Part shown: positions 1 through 9,477 of the stretch, piece by piece
How positions within the stretch are numbered: position 1 is the first letter of the stretch
How the letters are laid out: each line of letters begins with the position of its first letter
IMG/VR virus record: IMGVR_UViG_3300028829_004335
Length of the DNA stretch: 64,000 nucleotides
Strand: one strand, 5' to 3'
Source of the DNA: a virus
Program-made: the position numbers and the translations under genes
The notes under the pieces: generated by a model
Seen by the model: the letters and a program-made list of their open reading frames with translations, nothing else
What the model was told of the DNA's origin: nothing
Database searches by the model: none

Positions 1-282
1 TATGATTTCATTGAATTGTGTTGAGAACGGATACTTATGAACTGGACCAACACCATATCTTTGAACATTTACAGTAGAAACTGTGATTTGTGGAGTACGA
101 ACATTAGCAATTCTAAACTCCATCATCTTAGAAATATTTCTTGTATCATTGCCACCTTCAACATTTTCAATAACAGCATTCTGTAATAGTCTAGGCAAAT
201 GAATAGTCATATTAAACTGGTTCTTTTTCAAATAACCATTATTATGAATTTCTTCTCTAAAAGTGCTTATGTTGAAAGGCAT
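1..282 (-). CDS. Tail-tube-family protein (gp54-like baseplate tail tube initiator), truncated by the window edge
   Basis: Not in the ORF track. Hand translation from ATG at 282: MPFNISTFREEIHNNGYLKKNQF...RTPQITVSTVNVQRYGVGPVHKYPFSTQFNEII, open to base 1. The N-terminus resembles gp19 here (MPFNISSFKENG). AGGA Shine-Dalgarno; follows gp2. Confidence 0.65.
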   Translation of the reverse strand, partial: MPFNISTFREEIHNNGYLKKNQFNMTIHLPRLLQNAVIENVEGGNDTRNISKMMEFRIANVRTPQITVSTVNVQRYGVGPVHKYPFSTQFNEII

Positions 283-299
283 TTAAATTTCCTGTTTGT

Positions 300-839
300 T
301 TATCTTTTATATACCCATTGTGCTGTTTGTAGAGGAACTACATTTTCCCATTCATCTACTGGTATTCTTATGAATCTACTTCTAATGTGTCCTCTAAGGT
401 AATGCTTTACACATAATCTCATTAATGGGTCTTTACTATCAAAATTAACATTTAATCTAAAATTAGGAGGTATGTCTTTTCTGTCTATACCTGTTAAATT
501 AAATAGAAACTGTAATCTCATTTTAGGGTCTTCTATATAATGAAGATTTAATCCTAAAAATCCACCTTTTGCTGGACCCAATGGAATAACAAGAGGGAAT
601 CTATCCCACATTGGTAATGTATCTTTATGTTTAGCATCATAGTAAAACATAATTAGATTACCTTGACCTCTGTTTCCAGAAGTTTTTAGTATATTAGTTC
701 CTTTATCATCAGGGTCTGTAGGAAGTCTATTATAACCAGTAAGTTGTCCGACTCTATTTTGAAACCATTCTGCTGATTTTTGTCTTAGACTCTCTAGTGT
801 TTTTCTGTTTAATAATTTTAACAGATTTGAAAAATTCAT
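300..839 (-). CDS. gp2: DNA end protector protein
   Basis: Motif MFYYDAKHKDTLPMWDRFPLV...GFLGLNLHY typical of T4 gp2; adjacent to gp4. Confidence 0.85.
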   Translation of the reverse strand: MNFSNLLKLLNRKTLESLRQKSAEWFQNRVGQLTGYNRLPTDPDDKGTNILKTSGNRGQGNLIMFYYDAKHKDTLPMWDRFPLVIPLGPAKGGFLGLNLHYIEDPKMRLQFLFNLTGIDRKDIPPNFRLNVNFDSKDPLMRLCVKHYLRGHIRSRFIRIPVDEWENVVPLQTAQWVYKR

Positions 840-1279
840 TATTTAATTCCTAACTCTTTTTCTGTGAAGATGTGAAAGGTCCATTTTCTATCTTCACAGA
901 ATTCTTTAGCTGCTTTCCACTTTGCTTCATTTACACCCCAATTTTTTACCTCAGATAAATATCTTTTGGTAATCTTTTCTTTTTTCTTTGGTGGTCTAGT
1001 TTGATTTGCTGGTTTCACTTCTATTAACACCGTTTCTTTCTTACCATTTCTATTTATCTTATTTACTATAAAATCAACAAAATAACGATGTATTCTATTA
1101 TCGATAGGTGAACGGTATGGTATGACTACTTCTTCAGAACCCCAAGATACTATACTTGGGTCTTCATCAAGTCTTATCATTAATTTCAATTCCCAACTTG
1201 AACGATAAATAATGTTAGTTGGGTTTCCCATATACTTATCTGGATTTTTTGGTTTAAAAAAACCTTTATACTTGCTCAT
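839..1279 (-). CDS. gp4: Head completion nuclease (TnsA-like); start moved to Met19 of the ORF-track call
   Basis: MSKYKGFFKPKNPDKYMGNPTNIIYRSSWE...HRYFVDF...IEVKP...NEAKWKAA. The longer start overlaps the promoter region and the gp48 start. Confidence 0.92.
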   Translation of the reverse strand: MSKYKGFFKPKNPDKYMGNPTNIIYRSSWELKLMIRLDEDPSIVSWGSEEVVIPYRSPIDNRIHRYFVDFIVNKINRNGKKETVLIEVKPANQTRPPKKKEKITKRYLSEVKNWGVNEAKWKAAKEFCEDRKWTFHIFTEKELGIK

Positions 1280-1285
1280 TTTCCA

Positions 1286-1293
1286 TATAAATA
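1286..1293 (+). promoter_or_regulatory. T4-type late promoter TATAAATA for the baseplate operon
   Basis: Exact TATAAATA 33 nt upstream of the gp48 ATG; gp55 is encoded in the window. Confidence 0.75.
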
Positions 1294-1301
1294 AATAAAA
1301 G

Positions 1302-1309
1302 TATTTATA
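1302..1309 (-). promoter_or_regulatory. T4-type late promoter TATAAATA for gp4-gp2-gp54
   Basis: TATTTATA on + strand, 22 nt upstream of the gp4 ATG. Confidence 0.75.
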
Positions 1310-1326
1310 CAATAAGTAGGAATCAA

Positions 1327-2091
1327 ATGCCACTAAGATATTCAGGCGGAGTGCCTAGAAATATTCCACAAAAACCACAACCTCGTAGAACAGGAAGTTC
1401 TGTGTTTCCTAGTGATTTAATCACTGGCAATAGAAGATATTACATACAAATTCAATTTGTTAACTATAAAAGTGAGCCATTTAGTAATATTTCAGGTGCA
1501 CAAACAAGAGATCCAAGCGGTGGTGTTATTCTCCCAGTTCCATCAAGTTTAGCAGATGTAAGTATTTTAAATTGGGAGCAAACAAGTATTGTAAAACAGG
1601 GTGGAGAAATTACAGGCAGTTTTTTACCCGAAAGAGCTGCTGATTTTGTAAAACAGTATGGTAAAGCAGTAAGTGGTGCCGCTGCTATAGCAGGAGCTTA
1701 TGCTGGAGTAACAGTTAATCCTGGGTTATTTATGGTATTTACTCAACCTAATTTTAAAGAATATGTATTTAATTGGGATCTAGTTGCTAATAATGAAGAC
1801 GAAACAAGAAGAATAGCTGATATTGTTAATTCATTTAAATACGCTGCTGCTCCTACTTCTCAGGGATTTTATTATGATTATCCAGATATTGCAATAATGA
1901 AATTGTTTCCAAAGGACTATTATACCTTTGTAATGAAACCAGCAGCAATCACATCAGTTCAAGCTCAGTATAATGGTGCTGGACAACCAGCATTTTTAAG
2001 AAATGGTGCTCCAGTGAATGTAAAATTAGCAGTTCAATTTAAAGAAATCCAAATATGGGAAAAGAATAGTTGGAGTAGAGGAACTAGTTAA
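1327..2091 (+). CDS. gp48: Baseplate tail tube cap
   Basis: ILPVP...VNPGLFMVFTQPNFKEYVFNWDL...FKYAAAP...LAVQFKEIQI pattern; precedes gp53. Confidence 0.8.
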   Translation: MPLRYSGGVPRNIPQKPQPRRTGSSVFPSDLITGNRRYYIQIQFVNYKSEPFSNISGAQTRDPSGGVILPVPSSLADVSILNWEQTSIVKQGGEITGSFLPERAADFVKQYGKAVSGAAAIAGAYAGVTVNPGLFMVFTQPNFKEYVFNWDLVANNEDETRRIADIVNSFKYAAAPTSQGFYYDYPDIAIMKLFPKDYYTFVMKPAAITSVQAQYNGAGQPAFLRNGAPVNVKLAVQFKEIQIWEKNSWSRGTS

Positions 2092-2969
2092 TGCCAGAAG
2101 ATAGATATTTCGATAAGTTTCCACAAATACAATATTCCAATACTGCTTCTATTGATATCACAAGAAGAGTAACAATAACTGATATTGCTTACTTTAATCC
2201 TTATATTTTCTATACTTATGATATTTCAGAACACGAAAGACCAGATCAGTTTAGTTATAGATATTATGACGACCAGTTTAAAACTTGGTTAGTATATCTA
2301 TCAAATAAAATTGTAGACCCTTATTATGAATGGTATTTGTCAGACGACGAGTTCAATTCCTTTCTCACTACAAAATATGGATCTGTTGTAGAATCCCAAC
2401 AAAAGATTGATTACTATAGAAACGATTGGACTAACAGTGACCCATTAGAAACAAATGGATATGAAGCACTTGCTTTCTCATTGAAAAAATATTGGCATCC
2501 AGTGTATGATGATTTTGGTAATATACTAGAGTATAAAAGAGTACCAAAAGATTGGAAGATAACAACAAATAAAATTGTTTCTTATGAAGTAAGCAACACT
2601 AATTTTGTAGAAAATGAAATATGTGATATTGTATTTACAGCATCAAATACTGGTTCTGGGCAAGTTATTTCTTCTTCTAATACGAGAGTGTATTTAAAAC
2701 ATTTATCTGGAACACATTTAGAAAGTAATACTATTACTATTTCAGGTTCAAGTTACATATACGGTAGAGAAAGTGAGATAAATACAATTTTTACATCTGC
2801 AACTCTTGTATCAAATAATATAGCACCAGAAGAAGAAGTTTATTGGAAAGGTATTACACACTATGATGATGAGATTGAAAAGAATGAATTTAACAGAACT
2901 ATTAAAGTTTTAGACAGTTCGTTGGCAGGAAATGCTGTTATAGGTTTACTTGACTTACTTGAGGAATAA
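2091..2969 (+). CDS. gp53: Baseplate wedge subunit (LysM-like) with C-terminal extension
   Basis: YFDKFPQIQY...DITRR...ERPDQFSYRYYDD...WLVYLSNKIVDPYYEWYL...EIEKNEFNRTIKVL. Confidence 0.88.
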   Translation: MPEDRYFDKFPQIQYSNTASIDITRRVTITDIAYFNPYIFYTYDISEHERPDQFSYRYYDDQFKTWLVYLSNKIVDPYYEWYLSDDEFNSFLTTKYGSVVESQQKIDYYRNDWTNSDPLETNGYEALAFSLKKYWHPVYDDFGNILEYKRVPKDWKITTNKIVSYEVSNTNFVENEICDIVFTASNTGSGQVISSSNTRVYLKHLSGTHLESNTITISGSSYIYGRESEINTIFTSATLVSNNIAPEEEVYWKGITHYDDEIEKNEFNRTIKVLDSSLAGNAVIGLLDLLEE

Positions 2970-2971
2970 AT

Positions 2972-4165
2972 ATGCCTAAAGAAAATCCAGGACAAATATC
3001 AAGCTTACAAGTTACCATTGGTGGTCAGACAGTAGACCCTGCTCTTGTTGCTGGTATTATGATAAAACAGTGTTTATCACAAAAATTTGGTCCTATTGGT
3101 AGAATATCTGTAATTGATGCAGAAAGAAATTTAGCAAAGATAAAAGGTGATGGGTCAGAGACAGCAGAAGTTACTTGGACAGACCACAACGGTCAAAGGT
3201 TTAACTTTGAATTTATGGTTGATACTGGGCAAAATATAGATTCTCATAGTGATGGGAGTGATACAAACAATTCTGCAAGAAAACATAACACTTATATTTT
3301 TACTTTAAATGGAAAAGATACAAAGAAGGTAAATGGTGGAGTTGTTTATGGTGCTAAAGATAAACCTGTGGAAGAACATTTAAAAAAGATTTATGAAAAA
3401 TTAGGAACTAAGTGTTTTAAATCAGAAGTAAAAACTGACCCAACTTCTCTCAATTTTAATCAAATGTCTTTTTCTGATGCAGTTCAAAAGGGTCTGAATA
3501 ATTCTAATATACGAAAAGAAAAATCTTCTTATGTCGTGGTTTATTATGATAAAGATGGATGTCCAGTTTTTAATAGTTATGAAAATATGTTTAGTGGATC
3601 GCCTGTTGCAAATTTTACAGAAAGTGCAAAAAATACAGTTCCAGATGATAGATTTATTATTAATGTTTCACCATCTAATATTTTTATGAATTCAGCAAGT
3701 ATTAGAGGAGGTAATGCAGATATGAGTCAATTTAATGGATTAAATGGTGGACTTAGATTAGGAGTAAAATCTGAAACAAATAATTTTAGAACTGCTGGTA
3801 GAAATCCTGGTAAAAAAGGAGCAGATAATGAAAATAATACAATTCATAATTATCCAGACCCTTTAAATAATATATTTAAACAAGGTAAATATTCTACGCC
3901 AACAGATAGATATAATTATCAAACCCGCCATTTAAACGATAATGCTTCTGAAATTACAGTTTTTTCTAGACCTGGTGTTGATCCAGGGAAAGTTATTATC
4001 ACTTCTATTCTAGCAAAAGATGATAAAAATACTACTACTGGAAACCCAAAAACAAATGGAAAAATGTTAGTGAGGACTATTATACATAGAATTGGTGCTG
4101 TTGGAGAAGAACCAAGATATACCCAAGTACTTCAAACTTTAAAAGGAGATCCAGAAGGGAGATAA
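2972..4165 (+). CDS. Probable baseplate hub protein (gp27/gpD-like), divergent
   Basis: Position between gp53 and gp5-like genes, size, and C-terminal GKVII...GKMLVRTIIHRI pattern of hub proteins. Confidence 0.45.
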   Translation: MPKENPGQISSLQVTIGGQTVDPALVAGIMIKQCLSQKFGPIGRISVIDAERNLAKIKGDGSETAEVTWTDHNGQRFNFEFMVDTGQNIDSHSDGSDTNNSARKHNTYIFTLNGKDTKKVNGGVVYGAKDKPVEEHLKKIYEKLGTKCFKSEVKTDPTSLNFNQMSFSDAVQKGLNNSNIRKEKSSYVVVYYDKDGCPVFNSYENMFSGSPVANFTESAKNTVPDDRFIINVSPSNIFMNSASIRGGNADMSQFNGLNGGLRLGVKSETNNFRTAGRNPGKKGADNENNTIHNYPDPLNNIFKQGKYSTPTDRYNYQTRHLNDNASEITVFSRPGVDPGKVIITSILAKDDKNTTTGNPKTNGKMLVRTIIHRIGAVGEEPRYTQVLQTLKGDPEGR

Positions 4166-4168
4166 TAA

Positions 4169-4645
4169 ATGTGGATGGGACAAATAATTTGTAGACCTTT
4201 TGATGGTGATGATACTGGTGCGAGAGGAGTTAGTGTTGGATATACTGTAAGACCTATTACACAAAATCCAAAAGATATAAAAAAAGAAGACTTGTTACAA
4301 GCTAAAGTTGCTAGACAAACCGATTCGCCTGATATTGCTGGTTTAGGTTCTACACCATTTCTTCCAATTGGAACTTATGTTTTATGTGAAACAATAAATG
4401 GAATTGTACATATTATGTCAACTTGTGGTAGACCTTTTGGGTCTAAAAATTATGTTCCTCCTGGAACTAGTAGTTACGACACAGATACTTACTTTGGTAG
4501 CCTAGACCCAGAAAGAGGTGATACACAAAGAACCTCTCAATTAGGAACTCCCTATAATGTAAGATTGGGTGGTAAAAAATATGAAGAACCAGATTGTAAA
4601 GATTTTGACACAACATCAACGAATAAAATGGTAGATTGGACATAA
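4169..4645 (+). CDS. gp5 N-terminal OB-fold-like protein (stand-alone)
   Basis: W.G.I..R...KEDLLQAKV...DIAGLGSTPFLPIGTYV...IMST resembles the gp5 OB domain (W.G.V..R...LPWA...GIG.SP...GTWV). Confidence 0.55.
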   Translation: MWMGQIICRPFDGDDTGARGVSVGYTVRPITQNPKDIKKEDLLQAKVARQTDSPDIAGLGSTPFLPIGTYVLCETINGIVHIMSTCGRPFGSKNYVPPGTSSYDTDTYFGSLDPERGDTQRTSQLGTPYNVRLGGKKYEEPDCKDFDTTSTNKMVDWT

Positions 4646-4646
4646 A

Positions 4647-5909
4647 ATGGCAAGAAATCCTGCTAACAAAAATATAACAGGTCTTTTAAAAAAAGCTAAA
4701 GAACTATATGCACCTACAGGAGATATAGGTACAATTGCCGGTGCTTTAAATACTAATTCAATATTAGATGGATTAAATGAAGTAGACCCCCAAAGACTAT
4801 CTAATATTTTTCCAAGATTTTATGATGAAGTGTCTAAAATAACTAAAACACTCTCAACTAAAGGAAATCCTGGAAATAGTTCTGGTGCGGCAGGAAATGA
4901 TAAAGGAGGACAAACACCAACTTCAGGAGTTAAAGAACTAGTAACAGACGCTCTTACAGGAGCATTAAGTATTCTAGTTAAACGGTATGGTTATGGTCCA
5001 GTTTTAGTTTCTTTTACTTTACCTCTTTTAACTAATTTTGATGATTTATTAGAAGACTATAAAGAGATGGTAAAAGATTCTCTTATGTCTTTGTATATTT
5101 CAGTTTTACTTTATGGTGAAAAGAATCTTCCAGTATCTATTATACCGGAGATAGTATTTGGTGATAACATTCCACCAAATGTAGTAACAACTATTCCTGA
5201 TTTTTATGTTCAGGTATATTATACAAAAGAAAATGATCCATATCCTGGTTATGTTGAATATGAAGGACCAAATCAAGAAAAAGTATATCTTCTCAGAACT
5301 TCAGAATATTTGCCTTTTGATAACTTAGAACAAGAAGTTTATACTAATGCTGAAATTGGATTAGCAACTGATTTATCTCCTTATATTGTTTCTATAACTT
5401 TAACAGTGCCCATATTAAATGAACTATTAGAAAAATATTGTAATCAAGTAGCAGATACAACTGAAGATAAAGCAGCTGGTAAAAATTCTGGTAATTCTAC
5501 TGATTTAGTTAGTATGCTTGGTCCAATACTTGGTGGTGCTATAAATCAAGCAAAAACATCCCATTTACCAAATTCATTTTTAGATAATACAAAAATGAAT
5601 AAATTATTAAATAATACTACAAAAGAACATAATGTTTTAAAAAATGTAATTGAAAAATATGCAAATCTTGCTATGAAACCAAATAGTAAATCTAAAAATA
5701 TGAGTAATAATTTAAATAATACAACTTTTTCTGTAAATCAAATAAAGGATGAATCATTAACACATTTGTCAAGAATGTCTAGAAATCCAAATACAGAAGT
5801 AGCAGAAATAGATTTAGAAGATTTTAAAGCAAAGGCAGAAGAATTAGATGCTGTATTTAATGATGTAGATATAGCAAAACTTCTTAACTTTGTAAAGGAA
5901 ATAGTTTAA
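4647..5909 (+). CDS. Hypothetical virion protein between the two gp5-like parts
   Basis: 420-aa ORF tightly coupled to neighbours (1-nt gap and TAATG overlap); no recognised motif. Confidence 0.6.
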   Translation: MARNPANKNITGLLKKAKELYAPTGDIGTIAGALNTNSILDGLNEVDPQRLSNIFPRFYDEVSKITKTLSTKGNPGNSSGAAGNDKGGQTPTSGVKELVTDALTGALSILVKRYGYGPVLVSFTLPLLTNFDDLLEDYKEMVKDSLMSLYISVLLYGEKNLPVSIIPEIVFGDNIPPNVVTTIPDFYVQVYYTKENDPYPGYVEYEGPNQEKVYLLRTSEYLPFDNLEQEVYTNAEIGLATDLSPYIVSITLTVPILNELLEKYCNQVADTTEDKAAGKNSGNSTDLVSMLGPILGGAINQAKTSHLPNSFLDNTKMNKLLNNTTKEHNVLKNVIEKYANLAMKPNSKSKNMSNNLNNTTFSVNQIKDESLTHLSRMSRNPNTEVAEIDLEDFKAKAEELDAVFNDVDIAKLLNFVKEIV

Positions 5910-6658
5910 TGAGTAATAATGATCATAAACCAAGATTACCAGACGAATCAGGAACAAATGCTGGAGTTCCTACTGTAAATAGACAAGGATCATTTCCAGT
6001 TGTTAAAATGGGTCCAGATGGATCTGTTACTCACGAAACTCGTGATAACTCTAATAATAATGATAATGATCATTCAACTATCGTAACATCTTATGGTGGT
6101 TTTTCTTCTAATAACTTTGATTCAGATACAAGAAGAAATTCTCTTAATGTATCACTAAGTCCGGGCAGTGTAAGAGAATATTCTAACAATAAAAGTAGTA
6201 CAAAAAATGCTAATGATGATAGCAATACTGGAGGAAATAGTAAATGTGGAGTTGTAAAAGAGAGGGGTTGTGAAATTGGAACAAATGATGTAAAAGCAGT
6301 TGGTAAAATTGAAGCAAGAATAATTAATGGTGATACTGTTGATGTTACTCCAAAAAGTTCACAAAATAACAAACAAAAAGTTACTTCAGGAAATGATAAC
6401 GAGAAAGTTACAGGTTCTAAGAATTTTTCTGTAGAGGGAGATTCTTTTCATTCTACTGGTGAATCAAGATATGATATAGTAAAAAATGGTGAATATGGTA
6501 TAAATGTCCAGTCTGGTAATATGGATGTGCAAGTAAATTCTGGTAAGGCGAGAATATCAGCATCACAAGAAATATTATTAATTTGTGGTTCTTCTTATGT
6601 AAAAATTCTACCAAATAGAATTGAAATTGTAGCAGATAGAATTGACTTAAATCCATAA
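5909..6658 (+). CDS. gp5 C-terminal beta-helix spike-like protein
   Basis: Repeats VTSGNDNEKVTGSKNFSVEGD, ends ...IEIVADRIDLNP like gp5/VgrG spikes; upstream of PAAR. Confidence 0.65.
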   Translation: MSNNDHKPRLPDESGTNAGVPTVNRQGSFPVVKMGPDGSVTHETRDNSNNNDNDHSTIVTSYGGFSSNNFDSDTRRNSLNVSLSPGSVREYSNNKSSTKNANDDSNTGGNSKCGVVKERGCEIGTNDVKAVGKIEARIINGDTVDVTPKSSQNNKQKVTSGNDNEKVTGSKNFSVEGDSFHSTGESRYDIVKNGEYGINVQSGNMDVQVNSGKARISASQEILLICGSSYVKILPNRIEIVADRIDLNP

Positions 6659-6668
6659 AGGTTAATTA

Positions 6669-6905
6669 ATGACACAACAATATAGAGACAAAAATGAGTT
6701 TGTTATACTTATAGATGGCGAGTTAAAAACATTTGATAAATATGAAGATATACCAGAAGTTTTTGATAATGTTATTAAATTTCTTCCAGCATTTCCACCA
6801 GAACCGCATACAGAAGAACAACATAGAGAATTGTCTCAATGGAATGATAAACTTCAAAAATTAATGGAAAGGGAGAGAAAAAATGCCAGCCGTTTGCAGA
6901 GGTGA
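6669..6905 (+). CDS. Small conserved T4-like phage protein between gp5 and PAAR
   Basis: FVILIDGELKTFDKYEDIPEVFDNVIKFLP.FPPEPHT..QH; synteny. Confidence 0.65.
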   Translation: MTQQYRDKNEFVILIDGELKTFDKYEDIPEVFDNVIKFLPAFPPEPHTEEQHRELSQWNDKLQKLMERERKNASRLQR

Positions 6906-7179
6906 TCTCGTAGACCAAGATGTGGTTCATTGTTCAGTTCCACTTAGATTAGAAAGATCTCCTGATGTGTTTGTAAATAGTATAGGTATTTCTAGGCAAG
7001 GTGATAATAATCATCCACATTTATTACCTGGAGTTCCTTGTCCAACACATCAAGCTCCAATTACAACTGGTTCTCCTACAGTTTTTATAAATGGCAAAGG
7101 TTGTGGAAGAATTGGAGATGCAGTGACTGCTTGTACATCAGTAGCAACAGGTTCATCGAATGTATTCTGTGGACCATAA
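6883..7179 (+). CDS. gp5.4: PAAR-motif spike tip protein
   Basis: MPAVCRGD...SPDVFVNSIGISRQGD...H...GSPTVFINGKGCGRIGD...ATGSSNVFCG. Confidence 0.92.
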   Translation: MPAVCRGDLVDQDVVHCSVPLRLERSPDVFVNSIGISRQGDNNHPHLLPGVPCPTHQAPITTGSPTVFINGKGCGRIGDAVTACTSVATGSSNVFCGP

Positions 7180-7190
7180 GGAAAAAATAA

Positions 7191-7658
7191 ATGGTAACTA
7201 GACCAACAAGAGCAGAATCTATTTCACCAAAAGAAAAACAAGGAGAATTTTTCTCTGATTTCTTAAATTCTTTTGCAAAGACTCCTATTGGAGAGCAGCT
7301 TGGTCGTGTCACAAATGAGAAAGCAGTAAACCAATCATTAAGAAATCTTATTAAAACAAATGTTGGTGAAAGACTTTATCAACCTTTAATTGGATCAGAT
7401 GTAAATGCATCTCTTTTTGAGAATAACACAGAAGCACAATTAAGTAAAATTGAATTTTTTATTGAAACTACAATACTAAACAATGAACCAAGAGTAAATC
7501 TTATTGATGTATTAGTTGAATCCTCCTTAGATATAAAAACTAGTCAATCAAATAATCCAATAAGCGAAAACGAAATAGTAGTAACCATTGTTTATACTCT
7601 TATAAATAGTGTAGAAGAGATAGTATTAACAATACCATTACTGAAAAGAGTTCGTTAA
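7191..7658 (+). CDS. gp25: Baseplate wedge subunit
   Basis: AVNQSLRNLIKTNVGERLYQPLIGSDV...ETTILNNEPRV. Confidence 0.9.
   Translation: MVTRPTRAESISPKEKQGEFFSDFLNSFAKTPIGEQLGRVTNEKAVNQSLRNLIKTNVGERLYQPLIGSDVNASLFENNTEAQLSKIEFFIETTILNNEPRVNLIDVLVESSLDIKTSQSNNPISENEIVVTIVYTLINSVEEIVLTIPLLKRVR
7601..7608 (+). promoter_or_regulatory. Late promoter inside gp25, upstream of gp6
   Basis: Exact TATAAATA 50 nt before the gp6 ATG. Confidence 0.5.
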
Positions 7659-9476
7659 ATGGCAAATAGTTCATTAAACATTTCGTCATTAGATTTTGAT
7701 ACACTAAAACAAAATTTTAAAACTTATCTTCAAAATCAATCTGTTTTAAAAGATTATGATTTTGAAGGTTCAAATATTAATGTCTTACTTGATGTAATGA
7801 CATATAACTCATATTTGAATTCTTTCTACTTAAATATGGTTGCGTCTGAAATGTTTCTGGATTCTTCTCAGAAATATGATTCAGTTGCATCACATTCAAA
7901 AGAATTAAATTATCTTCCTATTTCAAATAGATCATCAGTTGCATTTCTTGATTTGACATTTGAAACAACTGGCATTAATGGTCCTCTTACAATTCCAAAA
8001 GGAACTAGATTTTCTGGTTCAAATTCAAATGATTCTTTTGAGTTTGTTACTAATGAAGTAAATATCATTACATCTGCAAACGATACTTACTCTATTTCAA
8101 ATGTTGAAGTACTAGAAGGTTCATTTTTTCAAGATTCTTTCATATATGATTCAACAGATGAAACACAAGTTTTAAGATTATCAAATGAAAATATAGATGT
8201 TAATACTCTTACAGTTTCAGTAATAGAGAACAATGGTGCTAATACATATAATTACACAAGAGCAGAAAATCTTCTTGGTATAAACAAAAACTCACAGGTA
8301 TTTTTCTTACAACCATCTGATAATAATAGATATGAAATTGTTTTTGGTAATGATATTTTTGGAAGAAAACCACAAAACTTTGCCACTATAGAAGCAGACT
8401 ACATTGTAAACAATGGCAAAGATTCCAATGGTATTTCAGATATCTCTCTTGTTGATGATTTAGGACCAATAAACTCTGGTGAAGTCACAACAGTAACTTC
8501 AACAGTAGTTACTAATTCAGCAGATGGTGCTTTTCAAGAATCTATAGATGATGTTAAATTTAGAGCACCAAGATTTTTTGCTACACAACAAAGAGCAGTT
8601 GCATCAAATGATTATTCTGCTTTAGTTCTATCTAAGTTTGGTGGTGCATTATCAGATGTTAATGTTTACGGTGGACAAGAAGTAGAACCTAAACAATATG
8701 GTAAAGTTTTACTTTCATTAAAACCAGCATCAGGAACAATTGCTCCAGATTTTTTAAAGAACGATGTTCTTAATTATCTATTAGATTATATTGCTCTTCC
8801 AAATAGAGTTGTCTTTGTTGATCCAGATTTCTTTTACATTCACGTTATATCATCAGTTCAACTTAATACAGTAACTTCATTAAAATCTGTATCTGATATT
8901 AAATCATTAGTAATTCAAGATATACTAGATTTTGGAACTGATACATTATCAAAATTTGATAATGATTTTAGATATAGTAAGTTTGTTACATCTATTGATG
9001 CAGTTGATGAAAACATTACAAGTAATGACACACAAGTAAGATTGCTTTCAAGACAAACACCAAAAGTAAATGAAAAAGTAAGTTTTGTTATAAACTACAA
9101 CAATGAATTAGAAGCAAGAAAAACTTTATGTACTGGATTTATACACCCATCAGTAGTTCTCACCACAACACAATTTACATTTTTAGATGATGATGATAAT
9201 GAAACAGAATTTGCTCAAATAAGAGATGATGGTAATGGTAATCTAGAAGTTTATAAGGAAATTTCTGGACAACTAGTTACAATTAAATCTAATATAGGAT
9301 CAATAAATTATACTACAGGTGAAGTAGAAGTTGATAATATCAAAATAAAGGGATATGATCAATATATCTCATTCTTAGTTAATACTAAAAATAAGGATGT
9401 TATTTCTTCTCAAAATATGATTTTACTTATTGATAATTCTAATGTTAATGTAAATGTAATAGAAACAGTAAAGTAA
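7659..9476 (+). CDS. gp6: Baseplate wedge subunit
   Basis: LDFDTLKQNFKTYL...DYDFEGSNINVLLDV...EMFLDS...QQRAVASNDY. Confidence 0.95.
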   Translation: MANSSLNISSLDFDTLKQNFKTYLQNQSVLKDYDFEGSNINVLLDVMTYNSYLNSFYLNMVASEMFLDSSQKYDSVASHSKELNYLPISNRSSVAFLDLTFETTGINGPLTIPKGTRFSGSNSNDSFEFVTNEVNIITSANDTYSISNVEVLEGSFFQDSFIYDSTDETQVLRLSNENIDVNTLTVSVIENNGANTYNYTRAENLLGINKNSQVFFLQPSDNNRYEIVFGNDIFGRKPQNFATIEADYIVNNGKDSNGISDISLVDDLGPINSGEVTTVTSTVVTNSADGAFQESIDDVKFRAPRFFATQQRAVASNDYSALVLSKFGGALSDVNVYGGQEVEPKQYGKVLLSLKPASGTIAPDFLKNDVLNYLLDYIALPNRVVFVDPDFFYIHVISSVQLNTVTSLKSVSDIKSLVIQDILDFGTDTLSKFDNDFRYSKFVTSIDAVDENITSNDTQVRLLSRQTPKVNEKVSFVINYNNELEARKTLCTGFIHPSVVLTTTQFTFLDDDDNETEFAQIRDDGNGNLEVYKEISGQLVTIKSNIGSINYTTGEVEVDNIKIKGYDQYISFLVNTKNKDVISSQNMILLIDNSNVNVNVIETVK

Positions 9477-9477
9477 T

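Noticed and set aside
199-402. 67-aa + strand ORF
   Set aside because: Overlaps gp2 and the truncated tail-tube-family gene on the - strand.
1280-1333. Longer gp4 start given in the track
   Set aside because: Runs through both late promoters and the gp48 start; homology begins at MSKYKG.
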